Source: an uncultured Alphaproteobacteria bacterium
GTDB lineage: Bacteria > Pseudomonadota > Alphaproteobacteria > Sphingomonadales > Sphingomonadaceae
Assembly (NCBI GenBank): GCA_963802055.1
Contig: CAWDHC010000005.1
Span: forward strand, 859,168 to 923,167
DNA: 64,000 nt
Reading direction: 5' to 3'
Positions 35,036 through 46,273 of this stretch are shown piece after piece (position 1 is the first letter of the stretch; each line of letters opens with the position of its first letter). The notes beneath the pieces are model-generated. The model had not been told where the DNA came from and searched no databases. It was given only the letters and a program-made list of their open reading frames with translations. Made by a program: the position numbers and the translations under genes.

Positions 35036-36762
35036 TCATGCAAAACCGGAATTCCAAAAAATTAATCATCGCCAGCTTGCTAACTGGCTTTGCAGCGACC
35101 TTACCGCAGATGGCGCAGGCGCAGCAACTCGATTCCCAATGGTCGGCGATGGACGAGAGCAGCGACAGTGCAGACCCACAAGGCGATGGCGCACGCACGA
35201 GCAAGCGCGGCAGTTCAGGGCGCAGCAGCGGCAAGCGCGTTGAAATCAGCCCTTACATTGAGGCGCAGCAGGTGCTTGTGGCAGACCTGAAAAATGGCGG
35301 CGATGTGCTGACTTATTCAACAGTTGCTGTAGGCGTAGATGCTTCGGTGCAAACCCACCGCGCAGAGGCGCAAGTGAATCTCCGCTACGAACGGATTATC
35401 GGTTATGATGACAAAGTCGACGATTCTGACATCATATCCGGCATTGCCCGTGGGTCGCTTAAAGTCGCGCCGGGGCTTAGCTTTGATGCTGGCGGTGTCG
35501 CCACGCGGTCGAAGGTTGATGGCCGGGGCGCATCGCCGACCAATCTTGTCGGCAATCCGGACAATATAACGCAGGTTTATTCGGTTTATGCTGGCCCCAC
35601 ATATTCCGCGCAAATTGGCGAGTTGAGCGTGAATGCTGCTTATCGGCTTGGCTATACCAAGGTTGAGAGCAAAGATGTTGGTTCCCTACCTCCCGGCCAA
35701 TTCGCTAATGATACATTTGATGACAGCGTCAGTCACAGCGCAAGTGCTTCGGTGGGCATGCAGCCTGGCGGATTATTGCCAGTCGGCTGGTCCGTCGGCG
35801 TGGGCTATGAGCGCGAAGATGCAGGGCAGCTGGATGGCCGCTACGAAGGCAAGTTTGTGCGCGGCGATGTGACCTTGCCGATCGCCGATGGCCTGGCCAT
35901 TGTTGGCGGCGTTGGTTATGAAAAAATTGAGATAAGCGAGCGGGACGCGCTGCGCGATGTTGCTGGTGATCCGGTGACGGGCAGCGACGGCCGTTTAGTG
36001 ACCGACCCGGCCTCGCCGCGCCTGATCGCTTATGAAGAAGATGGCATCATCTGGGATGCAGGGGTGATGTGGCGGCCCAGCAGCAGAACAACGTTTAATG
36101 CCTATTATGGGCAGCGTTATGGAACCGACACATTCGGCGGCAACTTCAATTATTCGGCGGGGAATGACTGGGCCGCAAATATTTCGGTTTATGATAGCGT
36201 CACAGGCTTTGGCAATCAGCTGAATGACAATCTGGCGGCCATGCCTACCAGTTTCCGCGCCGCTCGCAACCCGCTATCGGGGGACATTGGCAGCTGCGCA
36301 TTCGGCCAAAGCGGCGGATTCTGCCTTAACAACGCTTTGCAATCGACCTCATCGGCTTCGTTCCGCACACGCGGTATAACCGCTGCCTTGGCCTCCACTG
36401 TCGGCGGATGGGATGTCGGCGTTGCGGCGGGCTATGACCGGCGCAAATTCCTGACATCTGCCTTGGGCGCGCGGGCTGATTTGTCCAGCATTGTCGATCA
36501 AAACTATTTTGCAGTGGCGTCATTGGGCAAAGATTTGGACGCTCGCTCACGCGTTGATACCAATGTCTATGCAAGCTATTTTGACCCCGGCTTTGCGGGC
36601 GCAGATGGTGTCTTGGGAGTTGGTTTTAACGCAGGCTATTATCGCCAGATTGTGCGTGGGCTGTCTGCTTCAGCCGCTGTCGGGCTGGATAGTTATCGGC
36701 AGGAAAATTTTGATAGCTCGACGATCGGGTCGGCTCTGCTTGGTCTGCGCTACAGCTTTTAA
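35032..36762 (+). CDS. PEP-CTERM-system-associated outer-membrane beta-barrel (TIGR03016-like)
   Basis: Signal peptide, beta-strand pattern, terminal LGLRYSF, and its position in the operon. Confidence 0.75.
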   Translation: MIMQNRNSKKLIIASLLTGFAATLPQMAQAQQLDSQWSAMDESSDSADPQGDGARTSKRGSSGRSSGKRVEISPYIEAQQVLVADLKNGGDVLTYSTVAVGVDASVQTHRAEAQVNLRYERIIGYDDKVDDSDIISGIARGSLKVAPGLSFDAGGVATRSKVDGRGASPTNLVGNPDNITQVYSVYAGPTYSAQIGELSVNAAYRLGYTKVESKDVGSLPPGQFANDTFDDSVSHSASASVGMQPGGLLPVGWSVGVGYEREDAGQLDGRYEGKFVRGDVTLPIADGLAIVGGVGYEKIEISERDALRDVAGDPVTGSDGRLVTDPASPRLIAYEEDGIIWDAGVMWRPSSRTTFNAYYGQRYGTDTFGGNFNYSAGNDWAANISVYDSVTGFGNQLNDNLAAMPTSFRAARNPLSGDIGSCAFGQSGGFCLNNALQSTSSASFRTRGITAALASTVGGWDVGVAAGYDRRKFLTSALGARADLSSIVDQNYFAVASLGKDLDARSRVDTNVYASYFDPGFAGADGVLGVGFNAGYYRQIVRGLSASAAVGLDSYRQENFDSSTIGSALLGLRYSF

Positions 36763-36797
36763 GCGCCAGCCTAAATTTAAGGATCGGAGAAACAAAC

Positions 36798-37982
36798 ATG
36801 TATGATCAATTTTACGGACTAAACGGACGGCCATTTCAGCTGACCCCCGATCCGCAATATTATTTTGAAAGCGGCACGCACCGCAAGGCATTGTCCTATC
36901 TTGGCTATGGCTTGGCGCAGGGCGAAGGCTTTATTGTCATTACTGGCGATGTCGGCGCGGGTAAATCAACGCTCGTCAGCCATTTGATGAGGACTATCGA
37001 CAAATCGCGTTTGACCGCCGCCAATATCGTCACCAGCCATCTGAATGGCAATGATATGGTGCAAATGGCTGCTGAAAGCTTTGGCATTCATACGCAAGGT
37101 CAGGATAAAGCGACGACTTTGAAAGCGATAGAATATTATCTGCATGATGAAGCCCGCGCCGGTCGCCGCTGCTTGTTGATTGTCGATGAAGCGCAGAATC
37201 TGTCTGTCGATGCGATTGAAGAATTGCGAATGCTGTCTAACTTCCAATTGGGATCGCAGGCGTTGTTGCAGATATTCCTGCTCGGACAGCCGGAATTTCG
37301 CGATCTGGTGCAAAAATCACCGGAGCTGGAGCAATTGCGCCAGCGGATTATTGCCACCCATCATCTCGACCCGATGGAAGCGGACGAAATTGAGCCTTAT
37401 ATCATCCACCGTTTGACGATGGCTGGATGGAACGGACGGCCCCAATTTGTCGGCGATGCGTTTGCGGTCCTTTTTGCCGAAACCCAGGGCGTGCCGCGCA
37501 AGATCAATACGTTGATGAGCCGCGTGTTGCTGATGGGTGCGGTTGAGCAATTGAACCAGATTGACGGCGGACTGGTTGCCGCCGTGGTAGCCGATATGGC
37601 CGGGCAGCCTTTTGAATATGAAGCGCCGCTTGCTGCCCATGGCGAGGTGGCTTTGCCCGTGCCAGCAGTAGCAGAGATCGCGCCTGAACCCGTATTTGAA
37701 ATTGCGAGCACGGAACCGGAAATCAGCGCGCCATTTACTTTGTCGGTGGTCGAAGATGAGCCTGTCGCGGCCAGCGAACTGCCAGAAACGGTTGATTTTT
37801 CCGCAAGCGTAAACGAGGATGCCGCTGTCGCCAGCGATGCGGATGTGCGGATAGCCGCGCTGGAGCGCCGCGTTGCAGATCAAGAGGATGCGTTGCGCCG
37901 TGTATTGTCCATGATGATTGATTGGATGGGCAAGGAAACTGCGGTAGAAACCCGTTTGAAAGATGCCACGCGCGCGGCCTGA
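36798..37982 (+). CDS. XrtA/PEP-CTERM-associated ExeA-like AAA ATPase
   Basis: PF.LTPDP, GDVGAGKST, LLIVDEAQNL, LLGQPE, GVPRKIN. Confidence 0.9.
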   Translation: MYDQFYGLNGRPFQLTPDPQYYFESGTHRKALSYLGYGLAQGEGFIVITGDVGAGKSTLVSHLMRTIDKSRLTAANIVTSHLNGNDMVQMAAESFGIHTQGQDKATTLKAIEYYLHDEARAGRRCLLIVDEAQNLSVDAIEELRMLSNFQLGSQALLQIFLLGQPEFRDLVQKSPELEQLRQRIIATHHLDPMEADEIEPYIIHRLTMAGWNGRPQFVGDAFAVLFAETQGVPRKINTLMSRVLLMGAVEQLNQIDGGLVAAVVADMAGQPFEYEAPLAAHGEVALPVPAVAEIAPEPVFEIASTEPEISAPFTLSVVEDEPVAASELPETVDFSASVNEDAAVASDADVRIAALERRVADQEDALRRVLSMMIDWMGKETAVETRLKDATRAA

Positions 37983-38031
37983 GGCCAAAAAGCAGTACTC
38001 CCCCGCGTATAGGCAAAAGGACTAGTATATC

Positions 38032-38877
38032 GTGCTGAATGCGCTTTCTGTTGATGTAGAAGATTGGTTTCAAGTTGGCGCGTTTGAGACGGTGATTTCG
38101 CGCGATGATTGGGATAGCTTGGAATGCCGGGTGGAGCGCAATAGCGACGCCGTTTTGGAGCTGTTTGATACCGCAGGCGTGAAGGGCACGTTTTTCACTT
38201 TGGGCTGGGTGGCAGAGCGCTATCCGGCGTTGATCAGGCGGATAGTAGATGCTGGCCACGAAATAGCGAGCCACGGCTATGCGCATGAAAGGGTATTTAA
38301 CTTCACTCCAAATGAATTCGCAGCCGATATTGAAAAGGCGCGTAAACTAATTGAGGATGCCTCTGGCACTATGGTTTCGGGCTATCGTGCGCCGAGCTTC
38401 TCAATCGACCAGCGCACACCTTGGGCGCATGAAATTCTGGCCGAACAAGGCTATGAATATTCCTCTAGTGTCGCGCCCGTTAAGCACGATCATTATGGGT
38501 GGGCCACCGCGCCCCGCTTTGCCTTTCGCCCAGTTGCTGGGTCCGATTTCCTGGAAATTCCTGTCACAACGGCCACCATCGGTTCACGGCGGCTGGCGGC
38601 TGGCGGCGGCGGGTTTTTCCGCATGTTGCCTTATCAATTTTCGCGTTGGGCGATTAATCAGGTGAATGACCGGGATGACCGCCCGGCAATCATCTATTTT
38701 CATCCTTGGGAAATTGACCCCGGCCAACCGCGCGTGGCCAATGCACCGATCAAATCTAAGATCAGACATTATACCAAATTGGACGTTATGGCAGCGAAAC
38801 TGACGCGCTTGGCGCAGGAGTTTCAGTGGGAACGGCTCGATGCAGTCGTGGCCCGTGAACAGGAGAGATTTGCATGA
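38032..38877 (+). CDS. XrtA system polysaccharide deacetylase
   Basis: SVDVEDWFQV, HEIASHGYAH, GYRAPSFSI, YFHPWEIDP. Confidence 0.92.
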   Translation: MLNALSVDVEDWFQVGAFETVISRDDWDSLECRVERNSDAVLELFDTAGVKGTFFTLGWVAERYPALIRRIVDAGHEIASHGYAHERVFNFTPNEFAADIEKARKLIEDASGTMVSGYRAPSFSIDQRTPWAHEILAEQGYEYSSSVAPVKHDHYGWATAPRFAFRPVAGSDFLEIPVTTATIGSRRLAAGGGGFFRMLPYQFSRWAINQVNDRDDRPAIIYFHPWEIDPGQPRVANAPIKSKIRHYTKLDVMAAKLTRLAQEFQWERLDAVVAREQERFA

Positions 38878-39959
38878 ACGCGCCGATGATCCGTGGGAAA
38901 ATTGCCCTGCGTTCGGCCGATTTGGATGATGCCAATGAATGCGCCCGTATAGATGCCTGGGTGCTGGCAAGCGAAGGTGGCTCGCCATTCCACCGGCCCA
39001 AATGGCTAAAAGCAATCGAAGCGGCGACCGGCCAGCAGGCGCATTGCCTGATCGCGGAACGCAGTGGGAGTGAAGGCAATGGGGAGATCGCAGGATTGCT
39101 GCCGCTCCACATCATGCATTCGCCGCTCTTTGGCCGCGCATTGGTGTCTTCAGGCTTTGCCGTGGGCGGCGGGATATTGTCCAGCAGCAACGCGGCGACC
39201 AAGCGACTTGCGGAAGCCGCTTGGAGTTTTGCCGAGCGCTGGAGCTGCCCAACAGTGGAGCTGCGCGGCGGGGCATTGCCGGGCGGAGAATGGATTCAAA
39301 AATCCGATGCCCATGCCAATTTTGCCCGCTTGCTTGCCGCGAATGAAGAGGATGAATTGCTGGCGATCCCGCGCAAACAGCGGGCGGAAGTGCGCAAGGG
39401 CTTGCAAAATGGGCTGACCATCCAAACCGGAAATGCCCCGCGTGACCGGGATTGGCATTATGCGGTTTATGCAGAATCCGTCCGCAATTTGGGCACGCCG
39501 GTTTTCCCCAAAGCGCTGATGGATCAGGTGCTCAATGCCTTTGGTGATGAGGCCGATATACTGACGGTATTAGAAGGTGATCGCCCCGTGGCCAGCGTGC
39601 TCAGCCTATATCATAACGGCGTCGTCATGCCCTATTGGGGCGGCGGCATTTGGGACGCGCGGCGGCTGCGCGCGAATGATGTGATGTATTATGCGCTGAT
39701 GAACCATGGCCGCGCAAGAGGCTGCCACAGCTTCGATTTTGGCCGCTCAAAAACCGGATCAGGCGCTTATCATTTCAAAAGGAACTGGGGCTTTGAACCA
39801 GCGCCATTGGCCTATGCGGTCCGAACAGCCGATGGCAGCGAGCCGCGCGACGTGAACCCGAACAGCCCCAAATATAGGGCGCAGATCGCCATCTGGCAGA
39901 AATTGCCGCTCGGCATTGCGAACCGCCTTGGCCCGTGGATTGCGAAAGGTTTGGGATGA
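38874..39959 (+). CDS. FemAB-family XrtA/PEP-CTERM-associated GNAT protein
   Basis: RKQRAEVRKG, NLGTPVFP, FDFGRSK..G...FK.NWGFEP. Confidence 0.88.
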   Translation: MNAPMIRGKIALRSADLDDANECARIDAWVLASEGGSPFHRPKWLKAIEAATGQQAHCLIAERSGSEGNGEIAGLLPLHIMHSPLFGRALVSSGFAVGGGILSSSNAATKRLAEAAWSFAERWSCPTVELRGGALPGGEWIQKSDAHANFARLLAANEEDELLAIPRKQRAEVRKGLQNGLTIQTGNAPRDRDWHYAVYAESVRNLGTPVFPKALMDQVLNAFGDEADILTVLEGDRPVASVLSLYHNGVVMPYWGGGIWDARRLRANDVMYYALMNHGRARGCHSFDFGRSKTGSGAYHFKRNWGFEPAPLAYAVRTADGSEPRDVNPNSPKYRAQIAIWQKLPLGIANRLGPWIAKGLG

Positions 39960-41182
39960 TGGGCGAGATATTATTCCTGGCGCACCGGATTCCTTGGCCC
40001 GCGGATCGCGGCGATAAAATCCGGTCTTATAATATCTTGCGGCATCTGGCGGCGCTTGCCCCAGTGCATGTCGCGGCTTTTGCCGATGATGACCGCGATA
40101 TGGGTTTTGTGGCCGAAATGAAGCCCAATTTCGCTTCGGTTCATGCCGAATTGCGCGATAAGCCGCAATGGCGGGCGGGCATGGAAGCGTTGGCTTGCGG
40201 CGGCGCGGTCTCTGTAAATAGCTTCGCATCTGCGGCCATGAAAAGCTGGATTGATGGGCTGCTAGCGACCGGACGCATCAGCCATATATTCTGCTTTTCC
40301 GGGCAGATGGCGCAATATGTCCCAGCCGATTTCGCCGGCCGTTTCGTCATGGATTTTGTCGATGTCGATAGTGCAAAATTTGAAAGCTACGCGGGTGAGG
40401 GCAATCCACTCATGCGCTGGGTCAATGCGCGCGAGGGGCGCAAACTCTCCGCCTTTGAACATGCCACCGCCAATCGCGCAGATGCTAGTCTTTTTGTAAG
40501 CGAAGCAGAGGCCGCGTTATTTCGGTCCCGCTCTGGCATGGGTAAAGATAAAGTGCACGCGCTGGGCAATGGCATCGACACGGTTTTCTATGACCCGCAG
40601 GCGGAAATTCCGCAGCTAAATGAAACCCCCAAAGGCCGCATAATAGCCTTTACCGGACAGATGGATTACCGACCGAATATCGAAGCTGTCTGTGATTTTG
40701 CCGACCATATACTGCCCGCCATTCGGGCCGTCCATCCCGACGCCGTTTTTGCGATTGTCGGCCGAAATCCCGCAGCAGCGGTTTTGGACCTTGCCAAAAA
40801 AGACGGCGTAATTGTGACTGGCGCGGTGGACGATGTGCGCAGCTGGTTGTCTGCTGCGGAAATTATCGTTGCACCGCTTCGCATAGCGCGCGGCATCCAG
40901 AATAAAGTGCTGGAAGCGATGGCAATGGCCAAGCCCGTAGTGGCATCTGCCTGCGCCGCAGAAGGCATTGACGCACAAGATGGCGTGCATTTTAGGGTGG
41001 CGCAAAATGTTTCCGACGAAGCTGCTTTTGTGGCGCAATTACTGTCCAATCGCAGCGAAGCCAATAAGCTGGGACAGCGGGCACGTGGCCATGTGTCCCG
41101 GCATTATAGCTGGGCCGGGCAGTTGGGGGATTTAGCGCGTTTGATGGATATGCCCGGTTCCATGGCAGAAGCTGCCGAATGA
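39956..41182 (+). CDS. PEP-CTERM/XrtA system GT4 glycosyltransferase (TIGR03087-like)
   Basis: HRIPWPADRGDKIRS, FTGQMDYRPN, APLRIARGIQNKVLEAMA. ATG 39956 overlaps the upstream stop. Confidence 0.9.
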   Translation: MMGEILFLAHRIPWPADRGDKIRSYNILRHLAALAPVHVAAFADDDRDMGFVAEMKPNFASVHAELRDKPQWRAGMEALACGGAVSVNSFASAAMKSWIDGLLATGRISHIFCFSGQMAQYVPADFAGRFVMDFVDVDSAKFESYAGEGNPLMRWVNAREGRKLSAFEHATANRADASLFVSEAEAALFRSRSGMGKDKVHALGNGIDTVFYDPQAEIPQLNETPKGRIIAFTGQMDYRPNIEAVCDFADHILPAIRAVHPDAVFAIVGRNPAAAVLDLAKKDGVIVTGAVDDVRSWLSAAEIIVAPLRIARGIQNKVLEAMAMAKPVVASACAAEGIDAQDGVHFRVAQNVSDEAAFVAQLLSNRSEANKLGQRARGHVSRHYSWAGQLGDLARLMDMPGSMAEAAE

Positions 41183-42723
41183 CCGCATTGTCAGCCAAAT
41201 TTGGCGCATTGTTTGGGCAAGACCCGGCAAAATCGCGCAGCATTTGGCAGGCAGCATTGCGCTTGCTTGCCGCGGTATGGGCCGGATTGCTGCTGTTATT
41301 CTGGCGTGATGCGGCAGATATGGCGACGATCTGGTGGAATAGTTCGACTTTCAACCATTGCCTGCTGATCCTGCCGATCTTGGTTTGGCTAGTGATGCAG
41401 CGCAGCGAGCAATTGGCGAAGCTTACACCGCAAACCTATTGGCCGGCTTTGTTCTACGTGGGTGCAGGCGCGGGCGGGTGGTTGCTGGGCGATGCCGCAG
41501 GCGTTGCTGCCGCACGGCAATTGGGGTTGCTGATGATGCTGCAAGGCAGCGCGGCGACTATGCTCGGCCGAGAAGTGACGCGCGGGCTTTTATTTCCCTT
41601 ATTCTATATGTTTTTCTTGCTGCCATTTGGTGAAGAAGCCGTGCCGGTGCTGCAAACTGTTACCGCAAAAATGTGCATGACCTTGCTTGGGTGGAGCAAT
41701 ATTCCGGCGCATATAGACGGCATATTTATTTCAACACCGTCTGGATATTTCAAGGTGGCAGAAGCTTGTTCGGGCGTGAAATTTCTGGTCGCGATGGTGG
41801 CTTATGGCGCGCTGGTATCCAACCTGTGCTTCAAAAGCTGGGCGCGGCGGATTGTCTTTATGGCGGTGTGCGTGGCCGTGCCCATCTTTGCGAATAGCCT
41901 GCGGGCATTTGGCACCATCTATATCGCGCATCACACTACAATCGCGTTCGCTGCGGGGTTTGACCATGTATTTTATGGCTGGATATTCTTTGCCATCGTG
42001 CTCGCTCTGGTCATGGCGGCGGGCTGGCGCTTTTTTGATAAAGACGCTGGTGATCTTGGTTTTGACCCCTCAACTTGGAAGCCGGTCGCAAAAAGCCGGA
42101 TGACATTCGCTGCCGCTTTCGCAGGCATATTGGCGGTGGCGGCACTGCCTTGGGGTTGGTCAGCCATTGTTGCCGCGCAAATCTCGCCCGTTCCAAAGCA
42201 GATATTTTTGCCAAGGGTGAACGGCTGGCAAGTCATTGCTTATGCCCCGCAGACATCTTGGAAGCCGCGATTTGACGGTGCGGCTCATGAGTTAATCGGG
42301 CGCTATCAAAACGCAGATGGCAAAACCGCTGATCTGTATATTGCGGTATTTGACCGTCAGAATGAGGGCAGCGAGCTGGTTGGCTTTGGCCAAGGCGCAG
42401 CGGACCCCGATAGCGCATGGGCATGGACCGCCCAGATGACCGCGCCGCCTTATGGCAAGGCAGAACGGATCAAAGCGCCCGGCCCGGTATCTCGAGATGT
42501 CATAAGCTATTACCGTGTTGGCGGCGTGACCAGCGGGTCGAATAGCGAGATTAAATTGGCCACTTTGAAGGCAAGGCTTTTGGGTGGCAATCAGCAAGCA
42601 ACGGCGATACTTGTCTCTGCAGAATATGAAAATGGCAAAAGCCCGCGCGGCGTAATAGACCAATTTACAAAAGATTTGGGAAATCTGGATAATTTGGCTG
42701 ACCGTATAGCCGGAATCGACTAG
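41179..42723 (+). CDS. xrtA: Exosortase A with C-terminal EpsI domain
   Basis: Multi-TM protein with catalytic Cys (VAEACSG), Arg (ANSLR) and His (DHVFYGW), followed by a soluble EpsI-like domain. Confidence 0.9.
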   Translation: MTALSAKFGALFGQDPAKSRSIWQAALRLLAAVWAGLLLLFWRDAADMATIWWNSSTFNHCLLILPILVWLVMQRSEQLAKLTPQTYWPALFYVGAGAGGWLLGDAAGVAAARQLGLLMMLQGSAATMLGREVTRGLLFPLFYMFFLLPFGEEAVPVLQTVTAKMCMTLLGWSNIPAHIDGIFISTPSGYFKVAEACSGVKFLVAMVAYGALVSNLCFKSWARRIVFMAVCVAVPIFANSLRAFGTIYIAHHTTIAFAAGFDHVFYGWIFFAIVLALVMAAGWRFFDKDAGDLGFDPSTWKPVAKSRMTFAAAFAGILAVAALPWGWSAIVAAQISPVPKQIFLPRVNGWQVIAYAPQTSWKPRFDGAAHELIGRYQNADGKTADLYIAVFDRQNEGSELVGFGQGAADPDSAWAWTAQMTAPPYGKAERIKAPGPVSRDVISYYRVGGVTSGSNSEIKLATLKARLLGGNQQATAILVSAEYENGKSPRGVIDQFTKDLGNLDNLADRIAGID

Positions 42724-42732
42724 GCAAACACT

Positions 42733-44625
42733 ATGTGCGGTATAGCAGGCATTTTTCACATCGAAACAGCAAAGCCTGTTGACCCCGAACGGGTCCGCAG
42801 GATGACGGATGCTATTGCCCATCGCGGGCCAGATGGCGCAGGGGTTTGGACCGCGCCCGGCGTGGGGCTTGGGCATCGGCGGTTATCGATTATTGATCTC
42901 GAAGGCGGGGCGCAGCCGATGCTCTCGGCGGACGAGCGCGTTGCAGTTAGCTTTAATGGCGAAATCTATAATTTTCGGGAATTGCGCCGTGAGCTGGAAG
43001 CTGCGGGTTATGTCTTTCACAGCGGCAGCGACACCGAATGTATCCTGCATGGCTGGCGGCATTGGGGGGCGGATTGCGTATCGCATTTTCACGGCATGTT
43101 TGCCTTTGCCGTTTATGATGCAAAAGAGCGGCAGTTATTTTTGGCGCGTGACAGGCTGGGCGTAAAGCCGCTTTATTATGCGCCGCTTTCTGACGGCAGC
43201 GTGATTTTTGGTTCGGAACTTAAGGCATTATTGGCGCATCCGGCCCTTCGGCGTGAGCCGGATATGCTCGCGGTGGATGACTATCTGGCCTTTGGCTATG
43301 TGCCTGATCATGCCTGTATGGTTAGCGGCGTAAAAAAGCTGCCAGCTGGCCATGTGATGCTGCTGCAACAGGGCAAGCCATTGCCTGCGCCAACAGAATA
43401 TTGGGACATTGATTTTTCTAATCGGGTCAAAGGCAGCCAGGAAGAGCTGGAAGAAGAATTGCTGCGGTTGATGCGGCAGGCGGTGGTTTCGCGCATGGTT
43501 GCCGACGTGCCTTTGGGCGCGTTTTTATCGGGCGGGGTGGATAGCTCTGCCGTGGTGGCGTTGATGGCCGAGGCATCGAAGCAGCCTGTAAAAACGTGCT
43601 CGATCGGATTTGATGTCGGCGCGTTGGATGAAAGCGAATATGCAGAGCAAATAGCCAAGCGCTTCGTGACGGACCATCGCAGCCGCAAAGTCGGCTCATC
43701 GGACTTTGAACTGATGGACATGCTGGCTCATCATTTTGATGAACCCTTTGCCGATGCGTCTGCCTTGCCGACTTACCGGGTGTGCCAATTGGCGCGGGAG
43801 AATGTGACGGTGGCGCTTTCTGGTGACGGCGCAGATGAAGCTTTGGCGGGCTATCGCCGTCATGTGTTCCACCATAATGAAGAGCGGGTGCGCGGAATAT
43901 TTCCGCAGAGTGTGCGGGCACCATTGCTGGGGACACTCGGAAAATTTTACCCCAAAGCCGACTGGGCACCGCGCCCCTTGCGAGCGAAAACTACTCTATT
44001 GTCGCTCGCGCGTTCCGGTGCGGAAGGCTATGCGGAGGCCGTGGGGGTGACCGGCCCGGCGATGCGCCAGCGACTTTATTCGGGTCGTGCGCGGAGCTAT
44101 CTTGGCGATTATCACAGCGAAGCGCATATGCACCGGTTGATGGAAAACGCGCCCGCACGCAGCGGGCTTGATCAGGCCCAATATGCCGATATGAAAATGT
44201 GGCTGCCCGGCGACATTCTAACCAAAGTGGACCGCACCAGCATGGCGGTCGGGCTGGAAGCGCGGGAGCCATTGCTTGATCACCGTTTGATGGAATTTGC
44301 CGCCAGCTTGCCAGAATCGATGCGGGTGCGGCGCGGGCAGGGCAAATTTCTGTTGAAGAAGACGATGGAGCGCTATTTGCCGCATGACATACTCTATCGC
44401 CCGAAAATGGGCTTTGTAACGCCGATTTCGGAATGGCTAAAAGGTCCGTTGGCGCAAACCGCCTTGGGCATTGGTTCTAGCCCGGCCTTGGCGCAGCTGG
44501 ACTGGTTTGATGGAGCCGCGCTGACCAAGGCCGCGCAGGATCATATGGCGGGACGCAGCAATAATGGCCGTTTATTATGGCAGATGATTATGCTGGAAAA
44601 ATCTATGGCGAAGATATTTGGCTGA
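42733..44625 (+). CDS. XrtA/PEP-CTERM system amidotransferase (AsnB-like)
   Basis: MCGIAG, HRGPD, LGHRRLSIID, FNGEIYN, LSGGVDSS, SGDGADE, KVDRTSMA. Confidence 0.92.
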   Translation: MCGIAGIFHIETAKPVDPERVRRMTDAIAHRGPDGAGVWTAPGVGLGHRRLSIIDLEGGAQPMLSADERVAVSFNGEIYNFRELRRELEAAGYVFHSGSDTECILHGWRHWGADCVSHFHGMFAFAVYDAKERQLFLARDRLGVKPLYYAPLSDGSVIFGSELKALLAHPALRREPDMLAVDDYLAFGYVPDHACMVSGVKKLPAGHVMLLQQGKPLPAPTEYWDIDFSNRVKGSQEELEEELLRLMRQAVVSRMVADVPLGAFLSGGVDSSAVVALMAEASKQPVKTCSIGFDVGALDESEYAEQIAKRFVTDHRSRKVGSSDFELMDMLAHHFDEPFADASALPTYRVCQLARENVTVALSGDGADEALAGYRRHVFHHNEERVRGIFPQSVRAPLLGTLGKFYPKADWAPRPLRAKTTLLSLARSGAEGYAEAVGVTGPAMRQRLYSGRARSYLGDYHSEAHMHRLMENAPARSGLDQAQYADMKMWLPGDILTKVDRTSMAVGLEAREPLLDHRLMEFAASLPESMRVRRGQGKFLLKKTMERYLPHDILYRPKMGFVTPISEWLKGPLAQTALGIGSSPALAQLDWFDGAALTKAAQDHMAGRSNNGRLLWQMIMLEKSMAKIFG

Positions 44626-44627
44626 CC

Positions 44628-45371
44628 CTAATCGGGGTAGATCGCATCCATAAAATACAGCCCATCTGGCGGGGCATTATGGCCGAGCCTTGCGCGGTCT
44701 TTGGCATCTAGCGCGGCTTGTAGATCATCCGCCGACCATTTTCCGCGCCCCACCAGCGCAAGGCAGCCCACCATAGAACGCACCTGATGATGCAAAAATG
44801 ACCGAGCCGCTGCCGCGATGATGATATTGTCGCCATCCTGCCGCACATCCAGACGGTCCAGCGTTTTAATGGGGCTGTCTGATTGGCATTCGGTGGAACG
44901 GAACGTGGTGAAATCATGCAAGCCAACCAGCAATTGCGCGGCATTATGCATTGCATCAGAGTTTAACGGGAATGGAATTTGCCAAGCCTTGCCCCGCTCC
45001 AGCGCCAATGGGGCGCGGCGGTTCACTATGCGATATTCATAGGCGCGGCCCACGCAGCTGAAGCGCGCATGCCATTCCGCTTCGACCATTTCGCAGGCAA
45101 TAACCGCGACCGGATGAGGCCGCAAATGCGCGTTGATAGCGCCCATGATGCGAAAGGCGGTAAGCTGAGTATCCAGATCAAAATGGCCGCGCATTGCCTT
45201 AGCGTGCACGCCAGCATCCGTGCGTCCGGCAGCAAAGACCGCGATGTTCTTGCCTGTTGTTTTGAACAACGCACCCTCGATGGCGGCTTGCACCGAGGGG
45301 CCGTTATTCTGGCGCTGCCAGCCGACATACGGCCCACCATCATATTCAATGGTGATCGCAAAGCGCGGCAT
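44628..45371 (-). CDS. truA: tRNA pseudouridine(38-40) synthase
   Basis: [39 protein letters not shown] 45371 overlaps the fmt stop. Confidence 0.95.
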   Translation of the reverse strand: MPRFAITIEYDGGPYVGWQRQNNGPSVQAAIEGALFKTTGKNIAVFAAGRTDAGVHAKAMRGHFDLDTQLTAFRIMGAINAHLRPHPVAVIACEMVEAEWHARFSCVGRAYEYRIVNRRAPLALERGKAWQIPFPLNSDAMHNAAQLLVGLHDFTTFRSTECQSDSPIKTLDRLDVRQDGDNIIIAAAARSFLHHQVRSMVGCLALVGRGKWSADDLQAALDAKDRARLGHNAPPDGLYFMDAIYPD

Positions 45372-46273
45372 TAGAGGCGCGTGCCGATGGGGATAATATT
45401 CCCGCGAAGAAACTCGGTTAGCGGCATTGCGGGTTTGCCCGCGCGCTGGATGATGATGGGGCGGATCGCGCCCTTGCCGCAAGCAATCGTCAACTGGTCG
45501 TCGAGAATGGTTCCCGCAGATCCGTCGCCTTCGACAATTTCCGCCGACAATATCCGGTAGCGCTGTCCTTCAAATTCAAACCAAGCGCCGGGAGCAGGGT
45601 TGAAGGCACGGACTTGCCGTTCAGCCGCGCCTGCGCCGACTGAGAAATCGAGCCGCGTTTCGGCCTTGTCGATTTTAGATGCGTAGGTCACTCCTGCTTC
45701 CGCCTGAATTTGGGCCGGATGCAACGCCAAATCCTCCAGCACTTTTACCATCAAATTCGCGCCCAAGTCGGCCAGCTCGGCGGTAAGCTCGCCGCATGTT
45801 TTACCCGCAATATCGGTAGCGACACAAGCACGCACGGGGCCTGTATCAAGCCCAGCCTCCATTTGCATCACCATCACGCCGGTCTGCTCGTCGCCTGCCA
45901 ATATCGCGCGTTGCACTGGGGCCGCGCCGCGCCAGCGGGGAAGCAGGGAGCCGTGGACATTGAGGCAGCCATGCACGGGGGCATCCAATATCGCGCGCGG
46001 CAAAATCAAGCCATAAGCCGCCACAATCGCCGCATCCAAATTCAGCGCGGCAAAAGCGGCCTGCTCATCCTCGCCCTTTAAGGACAAAGGATGGCGCACT
46101 TCCAAGCCGAGTTCTTCGGCCCGATTATGGACAGCAGACGGCGTTAGCTTCTTGCCGCGATTTGCGGGGCGCGGCGGCTGGGTGTAAACGGCGACCACCT
46201 CATGCCCCGCAGCGACCAACGCATCCAGCGTTGGTACGGCAAATTCCGGAGTTCCCATGAAGGCGATGCGCAT
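45371..46273 (-). CDS. fmt: Methionyl-tRNA formyltransferase
   Basis: [36 protein letters not shown]. Confidence 0.96.
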   Translation of the reverse strand: MRIAFMGTPEFAVPTLDALVAAGHEVVAVYTQPPRPANRGKKLTPSAVHNRAEELGLEVRHPLSLKGEDEQAAFAALNLDAAIVAAYGLILPRAILDAPVHGCLNVHGSLLPRWRGAAPVQRAILAGDEQTGVMVMQMEAGLDTGPVRACVATDIAGKTCGELTAELADLGANLMVKVLEDLALHPAQIQAEAGVTYASKIDKAETRLDFSVGAGAAERQVRAFNPAPGAWFEFEGQRYRILSAEIVEGDGSAGTILDDQLTIACGKGAIRPIIIQRAGKPAMPLTEFLRGNIIPIGTRL

